Below, piece after piece: positions 1 to 8,497 of a DNA stretch of 64,000 bases. The DNA is taken from contig JANLRZ010000206.1 of the NCBI GenBank assembly GCA_031362155.1, forward strand, positions 16,805 through 80,804, in the 5' to 3' direction. A program made the translations under genes and the position numbers. Source of the stretch: Acidimicrobiia bacterium. Lineage in GTDB: Bacteria > Actinomycetota > Acidimicrobiia > IMCC26256 > JAENVU01. Position 1 is the stretch's first letter, and every line of letters starts with the position of its first letter. The notes beneath the pieces were generated by a model, which saw only the letters and a program-made list of their open reading frames with translations, was not told where the DNA came from and ran no database searches.

Positions 1-1
1 G

Positions 2-1426
2 GCACTCGATTTCGGATTCATCTCGGCCGATGCCGCGAGCCTCTCGGACCTCGCGCTGGCCCAGAAGGAACAGGCCCGTGCGGAGTTCGACCGGACGGTC
101 AGCGAAGCCCGCTGGGGAGCGGCCGCGCTCGGAGTCGTTGCGCTGATCCTCGTCATTGGGCTCAGTCGGTTGATCACGAGGGCAATTCGCGATCCCTTGG
201 CCCAGGTTCAGGAAGCAGCCGAGCGCGCCGCCGCTGGTGATCTCGACGCCGAGGTCGGGATCAATACGGCCGACGAAACCGGGCGACTCGCCCGCGCCTT
301 CGACGCCATGCTCGGCAACCTGCGCATCCGCGAACATGCGTTGCACCTCGACCACCGACGTCAGGAACTCGACGGCCAGGTGCATCGAGCACTCGAGATG
401 GCTGACGACGAACCCGCGGCGATCGAAGTCGTTGGACGCACCCTCTCAGAAATTGTTCCCGATCGCGCGTCCGAACTGCTCCTCGCTGATTCGAGCAAGG
501 CCCACCTCATGCAGGTCGTCGTCTCGGGGCCGGACCCTTCCGGCCCCGCTTGCGGGGTGGAGTCGCCGTTCGCCTGCACCGCCGTTCGCAACGGCCACAC
601 CATGACGTTCGAATCGAGCACCTCGCTCGATGCGTGCCCCAAACTGCGCGGCCGATCCGTGGGCGATTGCTCGGCTGTCTGCGTGCCGGTGACCTTCATG
701 GGTCGCGCGGTCGGGGTGCTGCACGCCATTGGCGAGGATGGCGTGGTCCCTAGTGAAGAAGAGATCACAAGCCTCGAGATGCTCAGCACCCAGGCCGGGG
801 CGCGTATCGGCATGCTGCGATCCATCTCGAAGACTCAGTTGCAGGCGACGACCGACGGCCTGACCGGCATGCTCAACCGGCGCACTTTCGAGACCCGGGT
901 GCGCGCAATGCACCGCGAAGGAGTCCACTTCACGCTCGTGATGGCCGACCTCGATCACTTCAAGCACCTCAATGACACCTTTGGCCACGAGGCTGGCGAT
1001 CGGGCGCTGCGGCTCTTCTCCGAGGTCATGAAGGAGGCCACCCGCACGGGCGACATCGTGGCGCGCTTCGGCGGCGAGGAGTTCATGGTCGCGCTGCCCC
1101 ACACACGGGCTGCCCAGGCGGTCGAGATGGCGGACCGACTTCGCGTGGTCCTCGCCGGTCGCCTCGCCGGCGGCGACTGTCCGGTCTTTACCGCGAGCTT
1201 CGGCGTCGCGGAATCCTCCGTCGCCGAGAAACTCGAAGGCGTCGTGAAGGCCGCGGATGTCGCTCTGTACCGGGCCAAGTCCGAAGGCCGGGACCGGGTG
1301 GTTCTCGCCGACGGCTACTCCTGGGAATCCGAGGATGCCGACCGCGCGGACGACGACGACAACTCGGCCCCGATCCTCACCGGCATTGCGGCCCTCGCCG
1401 ACCACGACGACCCCCTCGACCCGTAG
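2..1426 (+). CDS. Membrane-anchored HAMP / Cys-rich GAF-like / GGDEF diguanylate cyclase (5' end outside window)
   Basis: The frame is open from nt 2 (...AAALGVVALILVIGLSRLITRAIRDPL, a TM helix running into a HAMP domain, DETGRLARAFDAMLGNL). C-terminal GGDEF domain: DGLTGMLNRRTF, ADLDHFKHLNDTFGHEAGD, RFGGEEFMVAL. ORF-track start 170 is only the first TTG in an open frame. Confidence 0.85.
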   Translation, partial: ALDFGFISADAASLSDLALAQKEQARAEFDRTVSEARWGAAALGVVALILVIGLSRLITRAIRDPLAQVQEAAERAAAGDLDAEVGINTADETGRLARAFDAMLGNLRIREHALHLDHRRQELDGQVHRALEMADDEPAAIEVVGRTLSEIVPDRASELLLADSSKAHLMQVVVSGPDPSGPACGVESPFACTAVRNGHTMTFESSTSLDACPKLRGRSVGDCSAVCVPVTFMGRAVGVLHAIGEDGVVPSEEEITSLEMLSTQAGARIGMLRSISKTQLQATTDGLTGMLNRRTFETRVRAMHREGVHFTLVMADLDHFKHLNDTFGHEAGDRALRLFSEVMKEATRTGDIVARFGGEEFMVALPHTRAAQAVEMADRLRVVLAGRLAGGDCPVFTASFGVAESSVAEKLEGVVKAADVALYRAKSEGRDRVVLADGYSWESEDADRADDDDNSAPILTGIAALADHDDPLDP

Positions 1427-1489
1427 ACCCCGCTTGACGCGAGGTCTCTGACCTGACGAGGATCCGGAACCGTCGAGAAGGTAGTTCCG

Positions 1490-2695
1490 ATGCCAATCAC
1501 CGATTTCGCACCCGAGACCGCCGAGTTCTACGGGCGCGATCCCGAGACCGCGTTTGCCCACCTGCGGGCCACTGATCCGGTCCACTGGTACGAGCCGGGC
1601 GGCTTCTGGTGCCTCACGCGTCAGGCCGAGATCCGCGAAGCCTCCCGCCAACCGACGATCTTCTCCTCTGCGTACGGGATCCAGATGTTCCAGATCGCCG
1701 AGGCCCACGCGGGCCACGGCCCGACTCCCGATGACCCGGCTGCCGCGTCGATCCTCCAACTGGACCCTCCCGACCACCTCCGCCATCGCAAGTTGGTGAT
1801 GAGCGCCTTCCGGCCCAAGTACATGGCCGAGCTGGAGACGCGGATCCGGGAGATCGCCGTCGAGTCGCTCGATGCCTGCGATCCGACCTCGGACGTCGAC
1901 TTCGTCGAACAGATCGCGGTGCCGCTCCCGATGCGCGTGATCGCCGAGATGATCGGCGTACCGCCCGGCGATGCCGCGGTCTTCCGACGCTGGTCGGACT
2001 CGATCATCGAGGCCGGCGGCGGCGGCGTGACCGAACAGACCCTTCACGACATGGGCGAGCTGTACGCGTACTTCACTGAGAAGATCGAAGACCATCGCGC
2101 CACGCCTCGTGCCGACATCATCACGATACTGCTCGACGCAGAGATCGAGGGCGAGACCCTCGGCAAGGGCGAGATCCTGATGTTCCTGCTCACTCTGCTC
2201 GTCGCCGGGAACGAGACCACCCGCAACCTCATCGCGGGCGGCGGGCGGGCGCTGGCCGAACACCCCGATCAGCAGCTGCGCCTGGCGGCCGATCCCTCAC
2301 TCATTCCCGGCGCGGTCGACGAGATGTTGCGTTGGGTGACGCCGGTGCGCAGCTTCGTGCGCCGGGCCCAGGTCGATACCGCCATCGGCGGCACGCCGAT
2401 CAAAGCCGAGGACTACGTCGTGATGTTCTACGGCTCCGGCAATCGGGACGAGGCCGTCTTCGGCCCGACTGCGCACGAGTTCGACGTGACGCGTGCCGAC
2501 GCCTATCACCACATCTCGTTCGGCTTCGGCGAACATCTCTGTCTGGGCGCGGCACTGGCCAAGGTCGAAGGCCGCGTGATGTTCGAGGAACTCCTCCGGC
2601 GTTGGCCCAGCTGGGACATCACCGGCGACATCGAGCCGCTCCGGTCCTGCTTGATGAACGGCCTGGTGCACATGCCCGTCGAGCTACGGTCGTGA
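1490..2695 (+). CDS. Cytochrome P450
   Basis: 401 aa. I-helix AGNETT, ExxR (EMLRW) and haem-thiolate loop FGFGEHLCLGAALA (FxxGxxxCxG). Confidence 0.95.
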   Translation: MPITDFAPETAEFYGRDPETAFAHLRATDPVHWYEPGGFWCLTRQAEIREASRQPTIFSSAYGIQMFQIAEAHAGHGPTPDDPAAASILQLDPPDHLRHRKLVMSAFRPKYMAELETRIREIAVESLDACDPTSDVDFVEQIAVPLPMRVIAEMIGVPPGDAAVFRRWSDSIIEAGGGGVTEQTLHDMGELYAYFTEKIEDHRATPRADIITILLDAEIEGETLGKGEILMFLLTLLVAGNETTRNLIAGGGRALAEHPDQQLRLAADPSLIPGAVDEMLRWVTPVRSFVRRAQVDTAIGGTPIKAEDYVVMFYGSGNRDEAVFGPTAHEFDVTRADAYHHISFGFGEHLCLGAALAKVEGRVMFEELLRRWPSWDITGDIEPLRSCLMNGLVHMPVELRS

Positions 2696-2697
2696 CC

Positions 2698-3069
2698 ATG
2701 CGCGAGGGCGAGTGGATCAGGTTCGTCATCCGATTCGAAGTGCTCGACGCGAACCGCTACCGCGAGATGACTGCGGCGATGGTCGAAGTCAGCCGCGGCG
2801 AGCCGGGCACCCTCGTCTACGACTGGTATCTCGACGAGCCGCAGACGACCGGCGTGCTCTACGAGGCCTACGCGTCACGAGATGCGCTCGACGCGCACAC
2901 GCGCGGTGCGGTGTTCACGGATCTCGCCCCGCAGTATCTCGACGCGATTCGCGTGCTCTCGGTCGACGCCTTCGGCGCGGCGACCGGCCTGGCGCGCAGT
3001 GACGTGCTGGGCGCGCCGACGACCTGGTGGGACGCACCGATCGCGGCGATCACCGCCTCGGGCACGTAG
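2698..3069 (+). CDS. ABM-fold (antibiotic-biosynthesis/quinol monooxygenase-like) protein
   Basis: ATG 2698 lies 2 nt after the P450 stop (2693-2695). 123 aa with an ABM-like pattern (IRFEVLD, GTLVYDWYLDE, LYEAYASRDALDAH). The ORF-track start at 2332 would overlap the P450 out of frame. Confidence 0.6.
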   Translation: MREGEWIRFVIRFEVLDANRYREMTAAMVEVSRGEPGTLVYDWYLDEPQTTGVLYEAYASRDALDAHTRGAVFTDLAPQYLDAIRVLSVDAFGAATGLARSDVLGAPTTWWDAPIAAITASGT

Positions 3070-3106
3070 GTCGACCGCAGGGACCAGTCCGCCCCATACT
3101 GGCGCA

Positions 3107-3844
3107 ATGTCCGCAGAAACCGATCTCGTGCTCCGCGCCGACCGCGGGGGCGTGTGCACCCTCACCCTGAACCGACCGGACAAGCTCAACGCGCTGACCC
3201 CCGGATCGTTCGTCGCCCTCCGCGCGCATCTCGACGCGATCGCGGCCGACGGGTCGGTGCACTGCGTCGTGCTCGCGGGCGCGGGACGATCGTTCTGTGC
3301 CGGCCACGACCTCGCGGCCATCGCCAGCGGCGAGCGGGCCCCGAGCCGCCACTTCGAACCCGAGACCGTCGATGCACTCGAGGCGCTCCCTCAGCCGACG
3401 ATCGCGCGGCTCCACGGGCATTGCTTCACCGGCGGACTCGAACTCGCACTCGCGTGTGATCTGCTCGTGGCCGCGACCTCCACGAAGCTCGGCGACACTC
3501 ACGGCCAATGGGGTCTGGTTCCGATCTGGGGCATGTCGATCCGGCTTCCCGAACGGGTCGGGCCTTCGATGGCCAAACAACTGATGTTCACGAGCCGACG
3601 CATCGACGGCACGACCGCAGCCGAGATCGGGCTCGTGGACGTCGCGGTTGCCCACGACGAACTCGATGCCACCGTCCAACATCTCACCGCCGAGATATTG
3701 GCAAACTCGCCGGGCACCAATCGCCGGGTCAAGCGTCTGATCGCGGACCGCGGTGACCGCACGCGCACTGAGGCACTCGTGCACGAGCGGTCGTTGCCTT
3801 ACGGCGTCCCGGAGGACATGGCCGAGCGGATGGGCCGTGGCTGA
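3107..3844 (+). CDS. Enoyl-CoA hydratase/isomerase (crotonase family)
   Basis: ATG 3107 is in frame within ORF 2882..3844. LTLNRPDKLNALT and the oxyanion-hole region LAGAGRSFCAGHDL are present. Confidence 0.9.
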   Translation: MSAETDLVLRADRGGVCTLTLNRPDKLNALTPGSFVALRAHLDAIAADGSVHCVVLAGAGRSFCAGHDLAAIASGERAPSRHFEPETVDALEALPQPTIARLHGHCFTGGLELALACDLLVAATSTKLGDTHGQWGLVPIWGMSIRLPERVGPSMAKQLMFTSRRIDGTTAAEIGLVDVAVAHDELDATVQHLTAEILANSPGTNRRVKRLIADRGDRTRTEALVHERSLPYGVPEDMAERMGRG

Positions 3845-5027
3845 CGAGTGCGCCGGTACCGGCGACTTCCCCGGTCGCGACGAGCTCGAGACTCTGCTCG
3901 ACGAACTCCGGTCGGCTGATCTGGACCGGCCGGCGATCGTTCGCGTCCTGGGGGCGGCCGGCTGGGTCGCGCCGCACTACGACCGCGAGTTCGGGGGCCG
4001 CGGGCTGAGTCGCGAGGACGCCCAGGCGGCGCTGACCCTGCTCGACGAACGGGAGATTCCCCACGTCCCGCGTGGCTCGGGGCTTCCTCTGGCGGCGCCG
4101 ACGATCGACCAGTGGGCGACCGACACCACCAAGCGCCATCTCCTCCCCCCTCTGCTCACCGGCGAGGACCGGTGGTGCCAGCTGTTCTCCGAGCCCGGCG
4201 CCGGGTCGGACATGGCCTCACTGGCGACGACCGCCGAACGCGATGGTGACGAGTGGGTGGTCAACGGACAGAAGGTGTGGACGACGTTCGGCCACGAATC
4301 GGAACGGGCGATGTTGCTGGCCCGCACCGATCCGGAAGCGCCCAAGCACAAGGGCATCACCTACTTCGGGATGGACATGCGAGCACCCGGAGTCGAGGTG
4401 CGACCCCTGATCAACATCGCGGGTCAACTCGAGTTCAACGAGGTGTTCCTGACCGACGTTCGCGTGCCGGACCTCGACCGGATCAGCCCCGTCGGCGAGG
4501 GCTGGGCCGCGGCGATGACGACCCTCGGCGCGGAGCGGCATGCGCTTTCCGGCGTACGGAAGAAGCGCAAGAGTTCCGACGAGATCCTCGGCGGCAAGCC
4601 CTACGCCGAAGTCCAGGCCCTGGCCGCGGCACGGGGAATAGGGTCCGATCCGCTCGGCCGGCAACGCCTGATGAGGGAGTACATCGCCGGTCGGGTGCTG
4701 ACGATGAACCTCCAGCGGGCCCGAGCGCGCGCGGCAGCGGGCCGCCCCCCGGGCCCGGAGGGATCACTGACCAAGATCGCCAAGGCGACCGCGAACCAGG
4801 CGCTGCAAGAACTGGCGATGGACCTGCTCGGCGCGGATTCGACCGCCTGGGTCGACGGCGACGACACCGCCGAATGGGTGGCGCAGTTCCTCCGGACGCG
4901 GGCGAACACGATCGAAGGGGGCACCTCGGAGATCCAGCGCAACATCCTCGGCGAGCGGGTGCTCGGTCTCCCCCGCGAACCCGACCCGTATCACGGCCAA
5001 CCGTGGCGTTCTGTCCCTCGAAGCTGA
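3837..5027 (+). CDS. Acyl-CoA dehydrogenase
   Basis: WCQLFSEPGAGSDMASL, DGDEWVVNGQKVWTT and a C-terminal TIEGGTSEIQRNILGERVLGLP. Start placed at in-frame GTG 3837, which overlaps the crotonase stop (GTGGCTGA). The ORF-track start 3753 would overlap by 92 nt. Start uncertain. Confidence 0.85.
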   Translation: MADECAGTGDFPGRDELETLLDELRSADLDRPAIVRVLGAAGWVAPHYDREFGGRGLSREDAQAALTLLDEREIPHVPRGSGLPLAAPTIDQWATDTTKRHLLPPLLTGEDRWCQLFSEPGAGSDMASLATTAERDGDEWVVNGQKVWTTFGHESERAMLLARTDPEAPKHKGITYFGMDMRAPGVEVRPLINIAGQLEFNEVFLTDVRVPDLDRISPVGEGWAAAMTTLGAERHALSGVRKKRKSSDEILGGKPYAEVQALAAARGIGSDPLGRQRLMREYIAGRVLTMNLQRARARAAAGRPPGPEGSLTKIAKATANQALQELAMDLLGADSTAWVDGDDTAEWVAQFLRTRANTIEGGTSEIQRNILGERVLGLPREPDPYHGQPWRSVPRS

Positions 5028-5061
5028 AGCACCCACCATCGGGGCCTGCAAGGATCGCCCC

Positions 5062-6426
5062 ATGCAGGTACCCGAGACGCACTACGCCCGTGCCGGTGAT
5101 CTTCGGATCGCGTATCAGCAGTGGGGCGAAGGCCCGCCGCTGGTGTTCATCCCTGCCCTGATCTCCAACATCGAGATCGCTTGGGAACACGAGCTGTACC
5201 GTCGGAGCTTCGAACACTTCGGTCGGCATATGACGTGCGTCCAGTTCGACAAGCGCGGCATCGGGCTCTCGGATCGCTTCGAGGGCGTCCCCACGATGCA
5301 ACAACGCAACGAGGACATTTTCGCCGTGATGGACGCGGTCGGATGGGACCGTGCCCATTTCATGGGCGTCTCGGAAGGCGCCGCCATGGCCCAGCAATTC
5401 ACGGCCGACTTCCCCGACAAGGTCGAGAGTCTGATGCTGCTGAACACGTTCGTGTCTCCGCAGTACCGAGACCGCTACCCCGAGTTCGTCCATGAGGGTG
5501 ATCCCCCGATGCTCGGCGTCAACCAGATCGTCGAACGCTTCATGCATATCGCCGCGCTCTGGTCCGAAGACCCGCGCCCGATGGTCGAATGGGAGATGCC
5601 CAGCGCGATCGAGAACGAGTCGTTCATCCGCTGGTGCGGGCGATTGCAACGGATGTCGTGCTCACCCAAGGACTTCATCAAACAACTCGAAAGTGTGGTC
5701 GCGCTCGATGCGGGTGACTCGCCGGAGCGGATCACCACCCGGACGCTGATCATGCACGTCGCCGGCGATCGCGTCCTGCCGGTTGCGGGCGGTCGGCTCC
5801 TCGCCGAGCTGATCCCGGACGCCGAGTACGTCGAGGTCCCCGGCGAGGACCACTTCGCCTGGATCATGCCGAACTGGCGCGAGCTCAACGACGTCTTGAT
5901 CGAGTTCGCCACCGGGACGAAAGTCTCGCGAGCCACGACCCGCACGTTCGCGACCGTGGTGTTCACCGACATCGTCGGATCCACCCGCCAGTCAGCCGAG
6001 CGCGGCGATGCCGAGTGGCGAGCGGTCCTCGACAGCCACGATCGGATCGCCCGTGGCCTCATCGACGACGCCGGCGGTCGTGTGGTCAAGAGCACCGGCG
6101 ACGGTTTGTTGGTCACCTTCGACACGCCGTCCCAGGGCGTCGAGTGTGCGATCACTCTGCGCGATGCCCTCGCGGGGATCGGGATCGACATCCGGTCCGG
6201 CGTCCATGCGGGAGAGATCGAAGTCCATGACGACGGCGACATCTCCGGCATCGCGGTCAACCTCGCGGCGCGCGTGGAGCAGGCCGCGGGCGACGGTGAA
6301 ATCTGGGCATCGTCGACGGTGCGAGACATGATGCTCGGCGGCAGTACAACATTTGCCGAAACCGGCGAGCACGAACTCAAAGGTATCGACGGAACCTGGC
6401 GCCTCTTCTCGGTCGCGTCGGTCTGA
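5062..6426 (+). CDS. alpha/beta-hydrolase :: class III adenylate/guanylate cyclase fusion protein
   Basis: N-terminal domain has the nucleophile elbow GVSEG (Ser104) plus candidate Asp (AGDRV) and His (GEDHF). From aa ~293 (nt ~5938) there is a class III cyclase domain: FATVVFTDIVGST, VKSTGDGLLVTF, IRSGVHAGEIE, GIAVNLAARV. Confidence 0.9.
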   Translation: MQVPETHYARAGDLRIAYQQWGEGPPLVFIPALISNIEIAWEHELYRRSFEHFGRHMTCVQFDKRGIGLSDRFEGVPTMQQRNEDIFAVMDAVGWDRAHFMGVSEGAAMAQQFTADFPDKVESLMLLNTFVSPQYRDRYPEFVHEGDPPMLGVNQIVERFMHIAALWSEDPRPMVEWEMPSAIENESFIRWCGRLQRMSCSPKDFIKQLESVVALDAGDSPERITTRTLIMHVAGDRVLPVAGGRLLAELIPDAEYVEVPGEDHFAWIMPNWRELNDVLIEFATGTKVSRATTRTFATVVFTDIVGSTRQSAERGDAEWRAVLDSHDRIARGLIDDAGGRVVKSTGDGLLVTFDTPSQGVECAITLRDALAGIGIDIRSGVHAGEIEVHDDGDISGIAVNLAARVEQAAGDGEIWASSTVRDMMLGGSTTFAETGEHELKGIDGTWRLFSVASV

Positions 6427-6443
6427 CACCACGGGGGAGCCAC

Positions 6444-7079
6444 ATGACCAACGACCGTCCCGAACGCTTGATCTCCGACATGCGTGGCGTCCGTTACGGC
6501 GAGGTGCTCGCCGTCTCGGCGAAGGGATCCACCTTCGAGGCCGAGGTCTACGGCACGCAGATGTTGAACGACTGCCCCCAGGAACTCTGGGAAACACTCG
6601 ACCCCGTCGCGATCGCGCAGGATCTCGGCGCGTTGATCGTGAAGCTCAACGGCCCGCGCCACTGGATGCTCGACGGCCTCGGCCAGAAGACCGCGCCGGT
6701 CGAACCGGTGTTCCACGACTTCAATGGCCTCACGATGCGCCGGATCGCCGTGGTTGATCTCGGCGACAACCCTGCCGCGGTCCCGTACACCGAGCGGTAC
6801 GTCAACCGAGGGGCAATTTTCTTCTTCGATGCCGGGAAGCCCATTTTCGAACTCGTCAACCCCGAGGGCGTCGCCTACGTGATGCAGGCGTACTGCATCG
6901 GCGTCGACCCGACACTGCACGCCGACGCGCTCCCCTCACTCGGTGAGCGCTTGGCACTTCCCGAAGGCTGGACCTACCGCAGCCGCACCTTGGACGACGA
7001 GCTCGTCGTCGACACGAGCGCGACCATTGCAACGGTCCTCCAGGACGAACTGGAGAACACCTACACCCTGCCGAACTGA
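6444..7079 (+). CDS. Hypothetical protein (no domain recognised)
   Basis: 211-aa ORF starting 17 nt after the cyclase stop on the same strand. Composition looks coding and no competing ORF has motifs. Confidence 0.6.
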   Translation: MTNDRPERLISDMRGVRYGEVLAVSAKGSTFEAEVYGTQMLNDCPQELWETLDPVAIAQDLGALIVKLNGPRHWMLDGLGQKTAPVEPVFHDFNGLTMRRIAVVDLGDNPAAVPYTERYVNRGAIFFFDAGKPIFELVNPEGVAYVMQAYCIGVDPTLHADALPSLGERLALPEGWTYRSRTLDDELVVDTSATIATVLQDELENTYTLPN

Positions 7080-7103
7080 GCCACCGACCGAGACCATCTC
7101 GGC

Positions 7104-8384
7104 TCAGCGCCGGTTGGAGAAGTACTTCTTGTAGTTCTCGGCCGAGGCCGCCAGCGCCGGATCGGCATCGAGCTTGGGCTGCATCTTCGCCCGGGCTGCC
7201 TCCCGCTTGGCCGGGATGTACTCCGTCGGCCAGTACCCCTCGTGCGGGCGGTAGCTCTTGAGCACGTTGCGCGCCACCGTGACTTTGTGCACCTCGTCGA
7301 CGCCGTCGGCCAGGCCCATGGTGGGCGCCGCGGCGTACATCGCCTGGATCGGGGTGAGGTCGGTGGTGCCGAGCGAACCCAGGATGTGCAGCGCGTTGAG
7401 GCTCACGTCCTGGAGCACCTTGGCCATGGTGTACTTCACCGCGGCGATGTCGGTCCGGCACTCTTGCGTGCTGGTGTTGTCGATCTTCCAGGCGGTCTCG
7501 AGGACGAAGAGGCGCAGCATCCGGATCTGCGCGTACGAGTCGGCGATCTTCTCCTGCACCATCTGGTGTTCGCCGATGATCTTGCCGTGCGACTCACGAC
7601 TGAGCGACCGTTCGCACATCATGTCGAAGGCGAGCTTGCATTGGGCGATCGTCCGCATCGCGTGGTGGATGCGCCCGCCGCCGAGGCGCCGTTGGGCGAG
7701 CACCTTGGCGCCATCCTCGGGTCCCAGAAGGTGATCGAGGGGGATGCGCACCTCGTTGTAGATGATGTGGTTGTGGTTGCGCGGCTCGGGTTGGATCTCC
7801 ACACCGGGCGTCTGACGCGGCACCACGAACATTCCGTTGGTACACATGACGAAGAGGATGTCGGCGACGCGACCGGCGCTCGTGAACCACTTCTCACCGT
7901 TGATGACCCACTCGTCGCCGTCACGAGTCGCGTACGTCTTGAACAGGTTGGGGTCCGAGCCACCTTGGGGCTCGGTCATCGAATACGCCGAGAACATCTC
8001 TTGGTTCAGCAGCGGGACGAGCCACCGTTCCTTCTGTTCGTCTGTGCCGTACGCGGCGAGCATCTCCATGTTGCCGGTGTCGGGCGCGGCCGCACCGAAC
8101 ATCTGCGGCGCCGAGCCGTAGCGACCGATGACCTCGTTGAGTAGACCCAACTTGAGTTGACCGAAACCGGGCCCACCCAGTTCCTCGTCGAGGAAGATCG
8201 CCCACAGGCCCTGATCCTTGACCTGCTGTTGCAGGCCGCGTACGTAGGCCTTGACCACCGGATCCGGCGAACGCACCGCGTACGGGAACACGTAGTCGAG
8301 CGGTTCGACCTCTTCACGGCAGAACTCCTCGACCCAATCGAGCTTCTTCTGAAATTCCGGATCGGTCGAAAAGTCCCAAGCCAC
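7104..8384 (-). CDS. Acyl-CoA dehydrogenase (FadE-like)
   Basis: 426 aa. MTEPQGGSDP, DGDEWVINGEKWFTS, and an ACAD C-terminal helical domain. Confidence 0.9.
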   Translation of the reverse strand: MAWDFSTDPEFQKKLDWVEEFCREEVEPLDYVFPYAVRSPDPVVKAYVRGLQQQVKDQGLWAIFLDEELGGPGFGQLKLGLLNEVIGRYGSAPQMFGAAAPDTGNMEMLAAYGTDEQKERWLVPLLNQEMFSAYSMTEPQGGSDPNLFKTYATRDGDEWVINGEKWFTSAGRVADILFVMCTNGMFVVPRQTPGVEIQPEPRNHNHIIYNEVRIPLDHLLGPEDGAKVLAQRRLGGGRIHHAMRTIAQCKLAFDMMCERSLSRESHGKIIGEHQMVQEKIADSYAQIRMLRLFVLETAWKIDNTSTQECRTDIAAVKYTMAKVLQDVSLNALHILGSLGTTDLTPIQAMYAAAPTMGLADGVDEVHKVTVARNVLKSYRPHEGYWPTEYIPAKREAARAKMQPKLDADPALAASAENYKKYFSNRR

Positions 8385-8497
8385 GGTGTCTCCCTTGTCG
8401 GCGTGACGGGGAACCTACGGCATGCACGCCGCCCACGGTCAAGCCGCTGCGGGTAGATGCCGGTCACGCGGCGCGGTACGGCTGCCTGCTCGGCTCC

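Noticed and set aside
446-2263. 605-aa ORF on the minus strand spanning the GGDEF and P450 genes
   Set aside because: It is antisense to two motif-rich + strand genes. Its translation is Arg/Gly/Asp-rich with no motifs. This is a typical long shadow ORF of a high-GC genome.
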